Virus record (IMG/VR): IMGVR_UViG_3300008952_000006
Span: 96,001-160,000 of that record
DNA: 64,000 bases
DNA from: a virus
Reading direction: 5' to 3' (one strand)
Shown here: positions 8,064 to 16,840 of the stretch, piece by piece
Numbering within the stretch: position 1 is the stretch's first letter
Layout: the number at the start of each line of letters is the position of its first letter
Position numbers and translations under genes: made by a program
The notes under the pieces: model-generated
The model's input: only the letters and a program-made list of their open reading frames with translations
Told to the model about the DNA's origin: nothing
The model's database searches: none

Positions 8064-9045
8064 CTATCATCCGCGCAATCGCTTGCTTGTGTGTTACAGG
8101 CAAGCTGGAGAGCACAGATGCAGGATCTGCTGAGAATTGCTCTGAAAAGCCCTCCCCAAACGAATCTGTTAATCGCTCAGAGCCCCCATTCTGGGTCCAG
8201 TGAGCCACGGTGTCGGCTGTGTATTCGCGGCCATTGATTTCAAAAGGCTGGTCCGCAGACGCATTTTTTTCGACCGATGTCCCAAATACTGTCTGGTAAG
8301 GGTCTGGTATTACCTTATTATATAGGCCAGTAATGCCGTGGCGGATGTCAAAGTCAGCGATATCTTCGGCCAACTGGTCAACGTCTGCAGACGCGGACTT
8401 AACCAGAAGAGCCTCAAGCTCAGCAATTCCATCGGCCTCCATAACCGCTAGTTTCCTGGTATCGATACCTAAAGAAAAGTCACTCCCAAGCTCAGCGCGG
8501 GAGTAGTCTGCCATATCATCCGAAAAAAGGTCGTTAAAAACCCCGGCCTCTTTTACCTGCAGCATCAACCGTCGCTTACCCCTTGGGCTACACGCGGTGA
8601 AGGCATCTTTAACAACCTCGTACTGGTCGTTTTCGGTCACACCAAAAAGCTCTTCCAAGCTTCGGTCCTGAGCCTCTCCGCTATAGCCAAGATCTAAGGC
8701 TGCGGTTTTGCACAGAGTTTCTGGTGGAGTAAACCCAAAAGCGGTCAGAGCGGTGCTCAGTTTCTGGGCCGCCTCTTTTTGAAGCTCCTCGGGCAGGGCG
8801 TCTCCGTGAGCCGAAAAGTACATCGCGGAAGCAATAGTGTTACCAGCATCGACAATGGGTAGCTTATGGGCTTTTCCTCGCCCCGTGTCCACCACTAGAG
8901 CGTAATCCCCGTCTTTAGGGGTCGTGTTCTGGGATAGATCAGCGGCCACCTTAACAATAGGGGGAATTCCTTTTTCGGAAAACTCTTTTCGGAGGAGGAG
9001 GCCTCCATCATCGTAGTGATCTAGCACTGCTGGTAATTCTTTCAT
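8047..9045 (-). CDS. Acidic hypothetical protein rich in K-x-A motifs (putative scaffold/head-processing substrate)
   Basis: ATG 9045 follows GGGAGAG (the track starts at 9057). 9 of its 18 lysines are in K-x-A context. Confidence 0.8.
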   Translation of the reverse strand: MKELPAVLDHYDDGGLLLRKEFSEKGIPPIVKVAADLSQNTTPKDGDYALVVDTGRGKAHKLPIVDAGNTIASAMYFSAHGDALPEELQKEAAQKLSTALTAFGFTPPETLCKTAALDLGYSGEAQDRSLEELFGVTENDQYEVVKDAFTACSPRGKRRLMLQVKEAGVFNDLFSDDMADYSRAELGSDFSLGIDTRKLAVMEADGIAELEALLVKSASADVDQLAEDIADFDIRHGITGLYNKVIPDPYQTVFGTSVEKNASADQPFEINGREYTADTVAHWTQNGGSERLTDSFGEGFSEQFSADPASVLSSLPVTHKQAIARMIDDHNY

Positions 9046-9075
9046 GTTCTCTCCCACAAGGGCTTGGATGTTTTT

Positions 9076-9083
9076 GGTATAAG
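9076..9083 (+). promoter_or_regulatory. Candidate phage promoter motif GGTATAAG (copy 2), head of replication operon
   Basis: TTTTTGGTATAAG at the divergent strand switch, ~45 nt before the first plus-strand gene. Confidence 0.5.
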
Positions 9084-9126
9084 CAAACCGGAAGCCCCAA
9101 ATTTGTAATTCAACCCGGAGGGTCTA

Positions 9127-9426
9127 ATGGACACCAATGACAATAATAAAAGATGCACCGTTCGCGTGGAAGTACCACGTAAAAAGCCAGAACTTAAAGA
9201 TGTAATAATTGATGCAGGCATACAGGGTCTCAAAGAAGCGGCGCAGGCATTGGCGCGGAGCTTAACACATAATGATGATAACAGCCCCGCGTTTGCCTTG
9301 ACAATCGATGTTCCAAAAATACAGGCGTATTCTTCTAGTAACATACAAACCGATACCGCACTAAAAGATATACAGCAAGAAAAAGAAGATGAAAATTGCG
9401 AGGAAAATCGCGATGAAATCGAGTAG
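9127..9426 (+). CDS. Hypothetical protein (99 aa)
   Basis: SD GGAGGG before ATG; first gene of the plus-strand operon; overlaps the next gene. Confidence 0.6.
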   Translation: MDTNDNNKRCTVRVEVPRKKPELKDVIIDAGIQGLKEAAQALARSLTHNDDNSPAFALTIDVPKIQAYSSSNIQTDTALKDIQQEKEDENCEENRDEIE

Positions 9427-9880
9427 TACGGAGCAAGAGCCCCTAGAGGCCGCCTATCGGTTTGGGGCGGTGCTAAAACGATTACGGATCTCTGCCGGAT
9501 TTCTATCCGGCAGGGACTTCGCAAAAGCCTGTAAACTATCTAGAGAAACAGTTAGAAACTACGAAGCCGGGAGAACGCTCCCATCCAATGAGTCTCTATT
9601 ACAGATATTAAAGGCTCTCAAAGAGCCTCCGGAGTCTAACGGCGCAAAAGAGGTTATTGCCTCTCTTTATGAAGCCAGACGCAATAGAACACCGAAAGGA
9701 AAAAGGTCATACGGGGCAGCAGCAAATTATGAGCTTAGCAGATACCTGAAAAATTCAGACGTCTCGGAAGAAAAGGTCGAACTTCTTGTTGCGTTATTCG
9801 TTGAGTATATCAACCCCGATAGACAAAATGATAGTCTTATACATTTCCTACGGCAACGTATAACGAAGATATTGGAGTAA
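9413..9880 (+). CDS. XRE/Cro-family helix-turn-helix DNA-binding protein
   Basis: FGAVLKRLRISAG..SGRDFAKACKLSRETVRNYEAGRTLPS is a typical XRE HTH. Start at 9413 (GAGG upstream) or 9389. Confidence 0.85.
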   Translation: MKSSSTEQEPLEAAYRFGAVLKRLRISAGFLSGRDFAKACKLSRETVRNYEAGRTLPSNESLLQILKALKEPPESNGAKEVIASLYEARRNRTPKGKRSYGAAANYELSRYLKNSDVSEEKVELLVALFVEYINPDRQNDSLIHFLRQRITKILE

Positions 9881-9882
9881 AT

Positions 9883-11286
9883 ATGCTTTATCTCCCCGAA
9901 AAAGACAGCGGAGAACTTATAATAGATGAAGCCTTCTCTTCTGCAAGTATGTGGGTACCAAACTCAGCAGTAAAAAATAAAGAGATGTTTCTGAGGGCAG
10001 CGAGAATCCGCACGGAGAACTCGAGAACAGGCGAAGTGAAAACAATCTCCCTGGCGCACAGGGAGATGTACCACCTAGTAGTGGCTAGACACCTATTCTC
10101 TGAGGAGGAATGGGAGCAGCGGCTAGGTAACTGGACGATCCCGGCGCTAGAGCTATGTTGGGAAAGCGTTGATTTTGGGTCCAAAATAACCCCGAGGGAT
10201 GCTGCGCAAAAAGAAGCCTGGGAGGCATTTGCAGCAGCAGACCACGGAGTATTAAATCTGGCCTGCGGGAAGGGCAAAACAGTTCTGGCCCTCAATAAAA
10301 TAGCAGATCGCGGAGTCCCCGCTATAGTAATTGTGAATAACGCGGGACTTATGGAGCAGTGGAAGGACCGTGCTAGTGAATTTTTGCAGCTACGTGAAGA
10401 AGACATTGGTATTGTCCAGGGCCCTAAAGCAGAGTGGGACAAGCCTCTTGTATTAGCAATGATACACTCGCTGGCAAACCACGCAAGTCGTGGGCTCGAT
10501 TTAGACATACGGACCAGATTTGGCACCGTAATCTTTGATGAGGTTCACCATCTTAGCGCAGCCAAATTCAGCCTAACCGCTGATTTATTTCTTGGTAACA
10601 GATTTGGGCTGACGGCCACGCCGCGCAGGGAGGACGGGCTCGAGGATGTTTACTACGCACATATTGGTGGAATCTTCCACTCAGACCTTGTGGGGGACTT
10701 GTCCGCAAAAATCTTCTTTGTAAAACTCGTAACAGATACACCTGTAAACGAGTCCATCCTAAGGGATAGGACCGGTGAGTTTTCCGCACCAAAAATGTAC
10801 CACTACCTTGCAATGCAGGAGGACCGTAATCGTAAGATACTAAAACTTGTAACAAACGCGCTCAGCAAAGGCAGGAAGATCCTTGCCCTGGGGCACTCTA
10901 AAGCGCACCCTGAACTGCTTAACAAGATGTTTCTAGACAATCCGCGTATGAAAAGATATACAAGCGGGGTCGTCACGGGGGCTACTGCAGGAGAGGACCG
11001 CACACGTATTATTGAAGAGTCTGACGTGACTTTCGCCACATTCCAGATCGCAAAAGAAGGCCTGGATGTTGCCGAGCTAGACACGTTAATATTCTGCACT
11101 CCTTTTAAGTCGTGGGGTGCGTTCCAACAAGGCAAAGGCCGGGTAGAACGACAGGCTAAAAATAAAAAAGAACCAATTGTTTTGGTTGTTGATGACATAT
11201 ACCTAGGCCCATCGAATAGTATGTGCCGCGCTCTTAGAAGGAAAATCGTGGGTCATGGACTATCATTTAAAACCGTCGAAGGATGA
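9883..11286 (+). CDS. Superfamily 2 DNA helicase (XPB/Ssl2/UvsW-like)
   Basis: Motif I ACGKGKT, II DEVH, III TATP, V EGLDV, VI QGKGRVER. Confidence 0.92.
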   Translation: MLYLPEKDSGELIIDEAFSSASMWVPNSAVKNKEMFLRAARIRTENSRTGEVKTISLAHREMYHLVVARHLFSEEEWEQRLGNWTIPALELCWESVDFGSKITPRDAAQKEAWEAFAAADHGVLNLACGKGKTVLALNKIADRGVPAIVIVNNAGLMEQWKDRASEFLQLREEDIGIVQGPKAEWDKPLVLAMIHSLANHASRGLDLDIRTRFGTVIFDEVHHLSAAKFSLTADLFLGNRFGLTATPRREDGLEDVYYAHIGGIFHSDLVGDLSAKIFFVKLVTDTPVNESILRDRTGEFSAPKMYHYLAMQEDRNRKILKLVTNALSKGRKILALGHSKAHPELLNKMFLDNPRMKRYTSGVVTGATAGEDRTRIIEESDVTFATFQIAKEGLDVAELDTLIFCTPFKSWGAFQQGKGRVERQAKNKKEPIVLVVDDIYLGPSNSMCRALRRKIVGHGLSFKTVEG

Positions 11287-11920
11287 CCTGAAATCCTTCC
11301 TATATACTTTCAGAGACTGCGCAGAATGCGGGCTCCATAAGAATAGAAAAACCCCCGTATCCGGCAGGGGCAGTGTAGACGCTTCGGTGGTTATACTCCT
11401 AGACCGAGTAAGTGCCGGGGCGGGCTATAGCGGTGATATTATGTCTGGTGGGGAGGGGAAAACACTCCAACGAGTGCTTAAGTTTGTTGCCGAGTATTAC
11501 CCAGTAATAAGGGATAACTTCCTATGGGTCACTCCCGTAACCATTTGTCCAACAAGGAGAGGCGGTAAACAGGAGATGCTCCCCGCCCCCTCAGCCAAAG
11601 AACAGGCGGCATGTTCCCCCCGCCTTTATGGGGAGATCCACCGGATACAACCAGAGATTATAGTGGCTTGTGGCGCATCTGCCTACAAAGCCCTAACCCC
11701 CGCCAGAAGCGCTGCACACGCGGACACTATTGGCAGGGTTATAGACGGGTATGTGCAGGGGAGCGTCGGAGCTTACCCAATACCTACAATGGTCACGTAC
11801 TCGATGAACCAGCTGTACCGAGACCCCACACAAACTAAGCGGGGTATTTGGAATAAGACAATTGGTCACTTTAAACAGGCGGTTAGCATCGCCACAATAT
11901 TAGCAGAAAAAAGGAGGTAG
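11255..11920 (+). CDS. Uracil-DNA glycosylase family 4-like protein, catalytic motifs degenerate
   Basis: CAECGL..RKTPVSGRGSVDASVVI, TICP, EQAAC.PRL..EI..IQPEIIVACG match the UDG-F4 scaffold. GEAPG is replaced by LDRVS and HP by TYSM. Confidence 0.75.
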   Translation: MDYHLKPSKDDLKSFLYTFRDCAECGLHKNRKTPVSGRGSVDASVVILLDRVSAGAGYSGDIMSGGEGKTLQRVLKFVAEYYPVIRDNFLWVTPVTICPTRRGGKQEMLPAPSAKEQAACSPRLYGEIHRIQPEIIVACGASAYKALTPARSAAHADTIGRVIDGYVQGSVGAYPIPTMVTYSMNQLYRDPTQTKRGIWNKTIGHFKQAVSIATILAEKRR

Positions 11921-11921
11921 C

Positions 11922-12353
11922 ATGGGCTACGAATCTAAATCAGAAGAAGCGCGAAAAGCAGTCAGAGACTTCGAAGTAGCTAGGGAAGACATCAAGGAGT
12001 TCTTCAGAGAGCACCCTGAGTTTATGGATAACTTCATACCAATGGTTGAGCGGTATAACAAACTTCTGACCGAAGCAAAGAACCAAGTCAGAGGTTTGGA
12101 CGGGGATGACAAAATCTCAGTAGGACCGTTCACGCGCACCGCCAGACCCAAGAGCACCACATACGATGCAACAAAGGTGAACCCTGAAGTCCTCACTATG
12201 GAGGGCGTTGTTAAGAAAATCGACGGGGCCAGGATAAACGACCTCATTGTATCTGGTAAGATATCGCATTCCGATGTCGAAGATGGGCAGTCGGTAAGCT
12301 ACGGGACGGCTAGAGTAAACGCCCCCGGATTAATTGTAATAAAAGTAGTTTAA
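11922..12353 (+). CDS. Hypothetical protein (143 aa)
   Basis: Strong SD AGGAGG; helical N-terminus. Confidence 0.8.
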   Translation: MGYESKSEEARKAVRDFEVAREDIKEFFREHPEFMDNFIPMVERYNKLLTEAKNQVRGLDGDDKISVGPFTRTARPKSTTYDATKVNPEVLTMEGVVKKIDGARINDLIVSGKISHSDVEDGQSVSYGTARVNAPGLIVIKVV

Positions 12354-12360
12354 CGCCATG

Positions 12361-12408
12361 TTTGGTGGTGGACCAAAGACAGGGGAGGCTTACGCCTCCC
12401 TTCGTCTT
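12361..12408 (+). promoter_or_regulatory. Intergenic hairpin pair (possible attenuator or processing site)
   Basis: TTTGGT/ACCAAA stem and AAGAC-AGGGGAGGC-ttac-GCCTCCCTT-c-GTCTT stem; no long U tract. Confidence 0.45.
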
Positions 12409-12462
12409 ACTACAGTTAAAGCTTGGGGATACAAGGCAAACCGACAAACTAGGAGTGAAAGA

Positions 12463-12786
12463 ATGGAACAGCAAATACCAATTGACTCTCTATGGACAGA
12501 TGAGAGTCTACCGGAGGCATCGGTCACAGCCAGTGTGGCCACAAAAGTTTCAGACGCCGTTTATTACGGTTCTGGTGAGTGGGACAAAATACCGTTCCAC
12601 GTTGAGATCTTCTCAAGTGTTACGCTGAAATGTAGCCAAGAGGAGGGGTCGATCCGAAAGGCGCACAACTGTGCTTACGACTTGGCCTGGGAAGCGTCGA
12701 GAGAGCACATTATAAAAGCAGTTGCTGGACACATGATTGACATTAAGGAGCGTTTGTGTTCTGGATCTTTCCAGGAGGAAGACTAA
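12463..12786 (+). CDS. Hypothetical protein (107 aa)
   Basis: ATG 12463 after AGGAG preferred over the track start 12358, which overlaps the hairpins. Confidence 0.75.
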   Translation: MEQQIPIDSLWTDESLPEASVTASVATKVSDAVYYGSGEWDKIPFHVEIFSSVTLKCSQEEGSIRKAHNCAYDLAWEASREHIIKAVAGHMIDIKERLCSGSFQEED

Positions 12787-12787
12787 G

Positions 12788-13084
12788 ATGGCAGACATAA
12801 TGAAATGCTCAATAGACTCCCTCCACGCGCATAACATTGAAATAATCAACCCGGAGACGCAGAAAGAGTTCTACGTCATTTCGGCAAAGATTGGTTATGG
12901 CGTCGGAGGGAAGGCCGTTGGCGAAGTGGTCGTGAACGGTCTTGAGATGCACAAAGAAGTACAAGAGGCCACTAAGCTTCTAATAGAGGCTATAGAGAAG
13001 GCGTTTGCGCCTACCATCGGGGTACTGTCTGACGACGAGAAGACCCTGAAAGGGGAGTTGCCTTCAGGGCTAATCAATATCTAA
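12788..13084 (+). CDS. Hypothetical protein (98 aa)
   Basis: ATG 12788 after GGAGG, directly after the previous stop. Confidence 0.75.
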   Translation: MADIMKCSIDSLHAHNIEIINPETQKEFYVISAKIGYGVGGKAVGEVVVNGLEMHKEVQEATKLLIEAIEKAFAPTIGVLSDDEKTLKGELPSGLINI

Positions 13085-13125
13085 ATAACAGCTAACATTT
13101 ATGCAAGAACAAGGAGGAGCACGGA

Positions 13126-14556
13126 ATGGCAAACTGGGAGCTACAGTTAATAAGTGCAATCGTCGGAGCGGAAGAGCCCGGTGATATTTTTGAGACCGCA
13201 CAAAGGGAGGGAATAAACTTCCGAATATTCGGTGGCATGGAGGCAAAGAACCTCTGGGCAACCATTGACGCGCACTATAGGAGACCGCAAAACTTCGGGC
13301 ACGTTCCAAGCGAACAAACACTGCTGGAACAATTTCCCTCTCTAGACCTGCCAGCGCCAGTAGAGAACTTTCAAGACCTATGCGAGAAGGTAAAAGATAG
13401 CCATCTCAGGAGGGAGGCCGAAAGCGCTGTGAGTAAGTATCTGGCCGATGTCGAGCCAAGCAACGGATTGACGATCATCGCACATCTGCACCGTAAAATA
13501 GGGGAGCTTCTAGAAACAAACTCTGCGGACAACGATGTATGCTTTTCTCAGGTAGCGCTACAGGAATGCGCTGCTGAGCTTCGGAGAATCGAAGATACAG
13601 ATGGTATGACTGGCTACCCGTGGCCGTGGCCTAGATTGAACATTGCAACCCAGGGCATACAGCCCGGTGACTTCATCATGGTTTGGGCCCTGCCGAAGTC
13701 CATGAAAACATGGTTTGGTTTGGTGGTAGCGGCTCATATGTTAGCTACGGGGAGGCGTGTTCTTATCTACTCAAAGGAGATGACATGGCCCGCCGTTAGA
13801 CGTCGATTGGCTTGCATCTTGGCTCGAGTAGACTACACGCGCCTAAAAGAAGGAAACCTATCAACTGCTGAAGAAACCCAGTACCTCCAAAAGCTAGAGG
13901 AGATCTGCGACCCAGAATTTCCTGGTGACGTTTGGTTTACTTCGGCTGACTGTGCGGATGGGAGTCCTGGGGGACCAGACGAGATACGGAGAAAGATCGA
14001 TATCTTCAGGCCGCATTTCGTGTTGCTTGACTCAGCCTACATGCTGGAGCTACCGGGTTCTGGGAGCAGCGCTTTGGACTGGAAGCAACTGTCGCTTGTA
14101 AATAGGCGTATTAAACAGATAGCCAAAACAACAGGTATACCAATTATGGCGATCCTCCAAGAAAATGAGAGGAGTGCGCTTAAGTATGCAAAGTCACGTG
14201 GGACGGCATCATTAGCCATGAACACGGGCGCTGTTATGGACTGCGATGTTGGTATACGTCTAGTCTATCATAAAAATCGTAGAGAGCTGTCTATCCACCT
14301 CCCTGCTGCCAGGGAGACAACCTGTGAGGGCTTCACAATTAACGCCTTGGCGGCAGAGAATTTCTCCTACGCTCACGATGGACTTCATTCCTTATCGGAT
14401 ATTTACGATGAAGAAGCTGCTGAATCCGCCAATCTGCCAGAGCAGATGAACGGTCAAGGAGAAGAGGTTCGCGCAGTCGTAAGCCCTTTAATGGTTAGCA
14501 GCAGAGAGACCCCACAGGTCCCTCGCGATGAAATTGATGATGATTTAGGGATCTAA
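13126..14556 (+). CDS. dnaB: DnaB-like (SF4) replicative helicase
   Basis: GYPWPWPRLN..TQGIQPGDFIMVWALPKSMKT (H1), YSKEM (H1a), LLDSAY (H2), IKQIAK...PIMAILQ (H3), DCD (H4); SD AGGAGG. Confidence 0.88.
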   Translation: MANWELQLISAIVGAEEPGDIFETAQREGINFRIFGGMEAKNLWATIDAHYRRPQNFGHVPSEQTLLEQFPSLDLPAPVENFQDLCEKVKDSHLRREAESAVSKYLADVEPSNGLTIIAHLHRKIGELLETNSADNDVCFSQVALQECAAELRRIEDTDGMTGYPWPWPRLNIATQGIQPGDFIMVWALPKSMKTWFGLVVAAHMLATGRRVLIYSKEMTWPAVRRRLACILARVDYTRLKEGNLSTAEETQYLQKLEEICDPEFPGDVWFTSADCADGSPGGPDEIRRKIDIFRPHFVLLDSAYMLELPGSGSSALDWKQLSLVNRRIKQIAKTTGIPIMAILQENERSALKYAKSRGTASLAMNTGAVMDCDVGIRLVYHKNRRELSIHLPAARETTCEGFTINALAAENFSYAHDGLHSLSDIYDEEAAESANLPEQMNGQGEEVRAVVSPLMVSSRETPQVPRDEIDDDLGI

Positions 14557-14557
14557 A

Positions 14558-15553
14558 TTGGAGCAGAACGACTTACTGTCTGTGCTGCGACCATACATAT
14601 CCATAGCAGAGCATCAGGCTTCATCATCGTATAATGTAGCCGCTTACTGCCCCTTCCATAAAGGGGGTAGAGAATCTAAACCCTCATTTTATATCTATGT
14701 TGGTCCGCCAACGAGTGGCAAGAGGCCGGGAGCGGCCTTCTGCCACACCTGTAATGAGGGTTGGAGTTTTACGGGGCTACTTAAAAAGCTCGCAGTCCCC
14801 AACAAGATAATAGACAGCATAAGACAGCATGTTGACTATTCCGCACCGGAACCAAAAACACCACTTAAAATGGTGTTCTCGTGGGACGTATTACCGGAAG
14901 CTATTCTCGGTACGTTTTCTTACCTGCCAAAGAAGCTTATAGATGATGGGTTCACCACCGATACTCTCCTGAATTATGAGATAGGATTTGACCGTTCGCG
15001 GAAGAGAATCATATTCCCAATCCGGAATCATCACGGTGAACTCGTCGCTATCAGCGGGCGGACAATTTCTGGTCGGTGGCCGAGGTATAAGATCTATAAG
15101 AGCGAATTGGAGGAAGTTATTAACAACTATTCCTTTGATAAGAAAACTGTACTTTGGGGGTTAGAGAAATTCTACGAAACACGCATGTATACAGATACAA
15201 AGATTGACACACCTGTGGTAGTGTGTGAAGGTTTCAAGGCCGCGCTCTGGGTTGTGCAAAGTGGATACCCACACACAGTCGCACTGTTGGGCTCTTACCT
15301 GAGCAAGGAGCAGGAGATGTTGCTCTCTAGGGTTACAAACAACGTGGTGTTGTTCCTAGATAACGACGAGGCTGGCTGCAAGGCCACAGAGAAAATAGCG
15401 GATAACCAACTAGGAGGTGTCAGCATAAAGATAGCAAAATATAAGGACAACGATAAAAATAAATCGCCGGATGATTTGAATGAGCTTCAAGTAAAAGAAG
15501 CCATAACATCCGCAATAACACTAATAAACTGGAGGAGATCCTGTGAGTATTGA
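14558..15553 (+). CDS. dnaG: DnaG-like primase (CHC2 zinc finger + TOPRIM)
   Basis: CPFH...CHTC, RIIFPIRN.HGELVAISGR, VCEG, FLDNDEAG, KSPDD. Confidence 0.92.
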   Translation: MEQNDLLSVLRPYISIAEHQASSSYNVAAYCPFHKGGRESKPSFYIYVGPPTSGKRPGAAFCHTCNEGWSFTGLLKKLAVPNKIIDSIRQHVDYSAPEPKTPLKMVFSWDVLPEAILGTFSYLPKKLIDDGFTTDTLLNYEIGFDRSRKRIIFPIRNHHGELVAISGRTISGRWPRYKIYKSELEEVINNYSFDKKTVLWGLEKFYETRMYTDTKIDTPVVVCEGFKAALWVVQSGYPHTVALLGSYLSKEQEMLLSRVTNNVVLFLDNDEAGCKATEKIADNQLGGVSIKIAKYKDNDKNKSPDDLNELQVKEAITSAITLINWRRSCEY

Positions 15554-16673
15554 TTACGAAGAGTTTAAAAAATTACAAGCATCAAAACGAAGAAACCTAA
15601 TGAGTAAAGTGGGCAAAACCGGAAAGTCATCCGGTGGCGGCCAAGGCGGTGGGAGCAAGTACGAAACCCCACCATGGAAGCTCAGGCGAGAATATTTCAA
15701 GCCATCGATAGAGCAACCGACCAAGATTAGGATTATCCCTCAAAGCAATGGTGAGATTTGGTACCCATTTATGAGTAAGTGGGTTTCAACGGCCAAGGGA
15801 AAGCGACAAATTATCTCAAACGCCTGGAACGGGGAACGAGATATGCCCTGCGTTCTCTACTACTACGCCCTTGAGGAATCTAAAGCGGACTTTCTCGCGT
15901 CGGAGCAAGTGGCAACAACCGTGTTGGTCTTAGAGGATTTTTACAAAGTTCCCAAGGTGTCAGCCAAGGGTACCGAGTATCACCTTTTCGAGCGCAGCCT
16001 CGGGGTTGATAAACATGGTCGTAGCTTGGACCACGTGTCAAGACAAGACCAGGAAAAAGTATTCGGTCGAAAGCTGCACTGGTCCATGTGGCCTACGCAG
16101 CAAAGAAACCTGATGACCACCCTCCAAGGGCTCACTGAGAAGTGTGCTCATTGTGGTGAAGGTGAGATTAGCGTCTACGCGTACCAATGTACGGACTGTG
16201 GCGAAATGATCGCCAATCATAAGGAAGAGCCAATCGACCGGAACTCCGAGCAAGTACTACAGAATGAGTCTGTGGCCTGCCCGGGTTGTGACACTCGTAT
16301 GATCGCTAAGCAAATATATGAGTGTGTTAAGCAGGACGGTTACAAAGGTAACTGGGTGCATGGTTGCGACAACCCCTTGAAGGTGTCGCTGAATGAGCCC
16401 TTAGACCTTGTAATACGTGCTGTGCCCGCCGGTAAGTCAACCGCCATAGAGGTGCTCAGTTTCGCACCGGCTGACATGCAAGCCACCGAGTCACTGCCTA
16501 ACTTCTTGACGGCTCCATTCGAATTCGATCAATTTTTCGGAAAGATGGACCTAGAAGAACAAGCAACTTCGATGGGTGTAGAGATGCCATTTGGCGCAGG
16601 GGATCAGCAGATCATTGATGACTTCTTCACGGCTAGTCCGAACGACGAAGACGAAGATAGCATCCCCTTTTAG
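15543..16673 (+). CDS. Probable single-stranded DNA-binding protein (gp32-like) with zinc ribbons
   Basis: Located between primase and polymerase; KIRIIP segment; acidic C-terminal tail DEDEDSIPF typical of SSBs; CAHC, CTDC, CPGC. Confidence 0.65.
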   Translation: MSIDYEEFKKLQASKRRNLMSKVGKTGKSSGGGQGGGSKYETPPWKLRREYFKPSIEQPTKIRIIPQSNGEIWYPFMSKWVSTAKGKRQIISNAWNGERDMPCVLYYYALEESKADFLASEQVATTVLVLEDFYKVPKVSAKGTEYHLFERSLGVDKHGRSLDHVSRQDQEKVFGRKLHWSMWPTQQRNLMTTLQGLTEKCAHCGEGEISVYAYQCTDCGEMIANHKEEPIDRNSEQVLQNESVACPGCDTRMIAKQIYECVKQDGYKGNWVHGCDNPLKVSLNEPLDLVIRAVPAGKSTAIEVLSFAPADMQATESLPNFLTAPFEFDQFFGKMDLEEQATSMGVEMPFGAGDQQIIDDFFTASPNDEDEDSIPF

Positions 16674-16686
16674 ATAGCTTGAACCC

Positions 16687-16822
16687 TTAGGTGAGGGGGA
16701 AGCGCCAGTCTCCGGTCCCAGGATTTCCTGCGAGGTATGCGAGCCTCGACTTTTACTGGGAAAGGTAAAAATTAACTCTATCTAGTCAGCAGAGTTGATG
16801 GGCAGGCGCTCCCCCCACCTAA
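16687..16822 (+). ncRNA. Candidate structured RNA element (closing stem plus four internal hairpins) upstream of the DNA polymerase gene
   Basis: 16687-16706 pairs with 16805-16822 (18 bp, two bulged A). Internal hairpins at 16719-30, 16731-48, 16751-70, 16772-98. Strand and function are inferred. Confidence 0.6.
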
Positions 16823-16840
16823 TTTATTACAAAAGGAGAG

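Noticed and set aside
16687-16822. tRNA, SRP RNA, hammerhead/twister ribozyme or retron identity for the structured element
   Set aside because: No T-loop GTTC, no SRP domain IV motif, and no CUGAnGA/GAAA core. The CCGGTCCCA stretch resembles twister only locally, and no reverse transcriptase is nearby.
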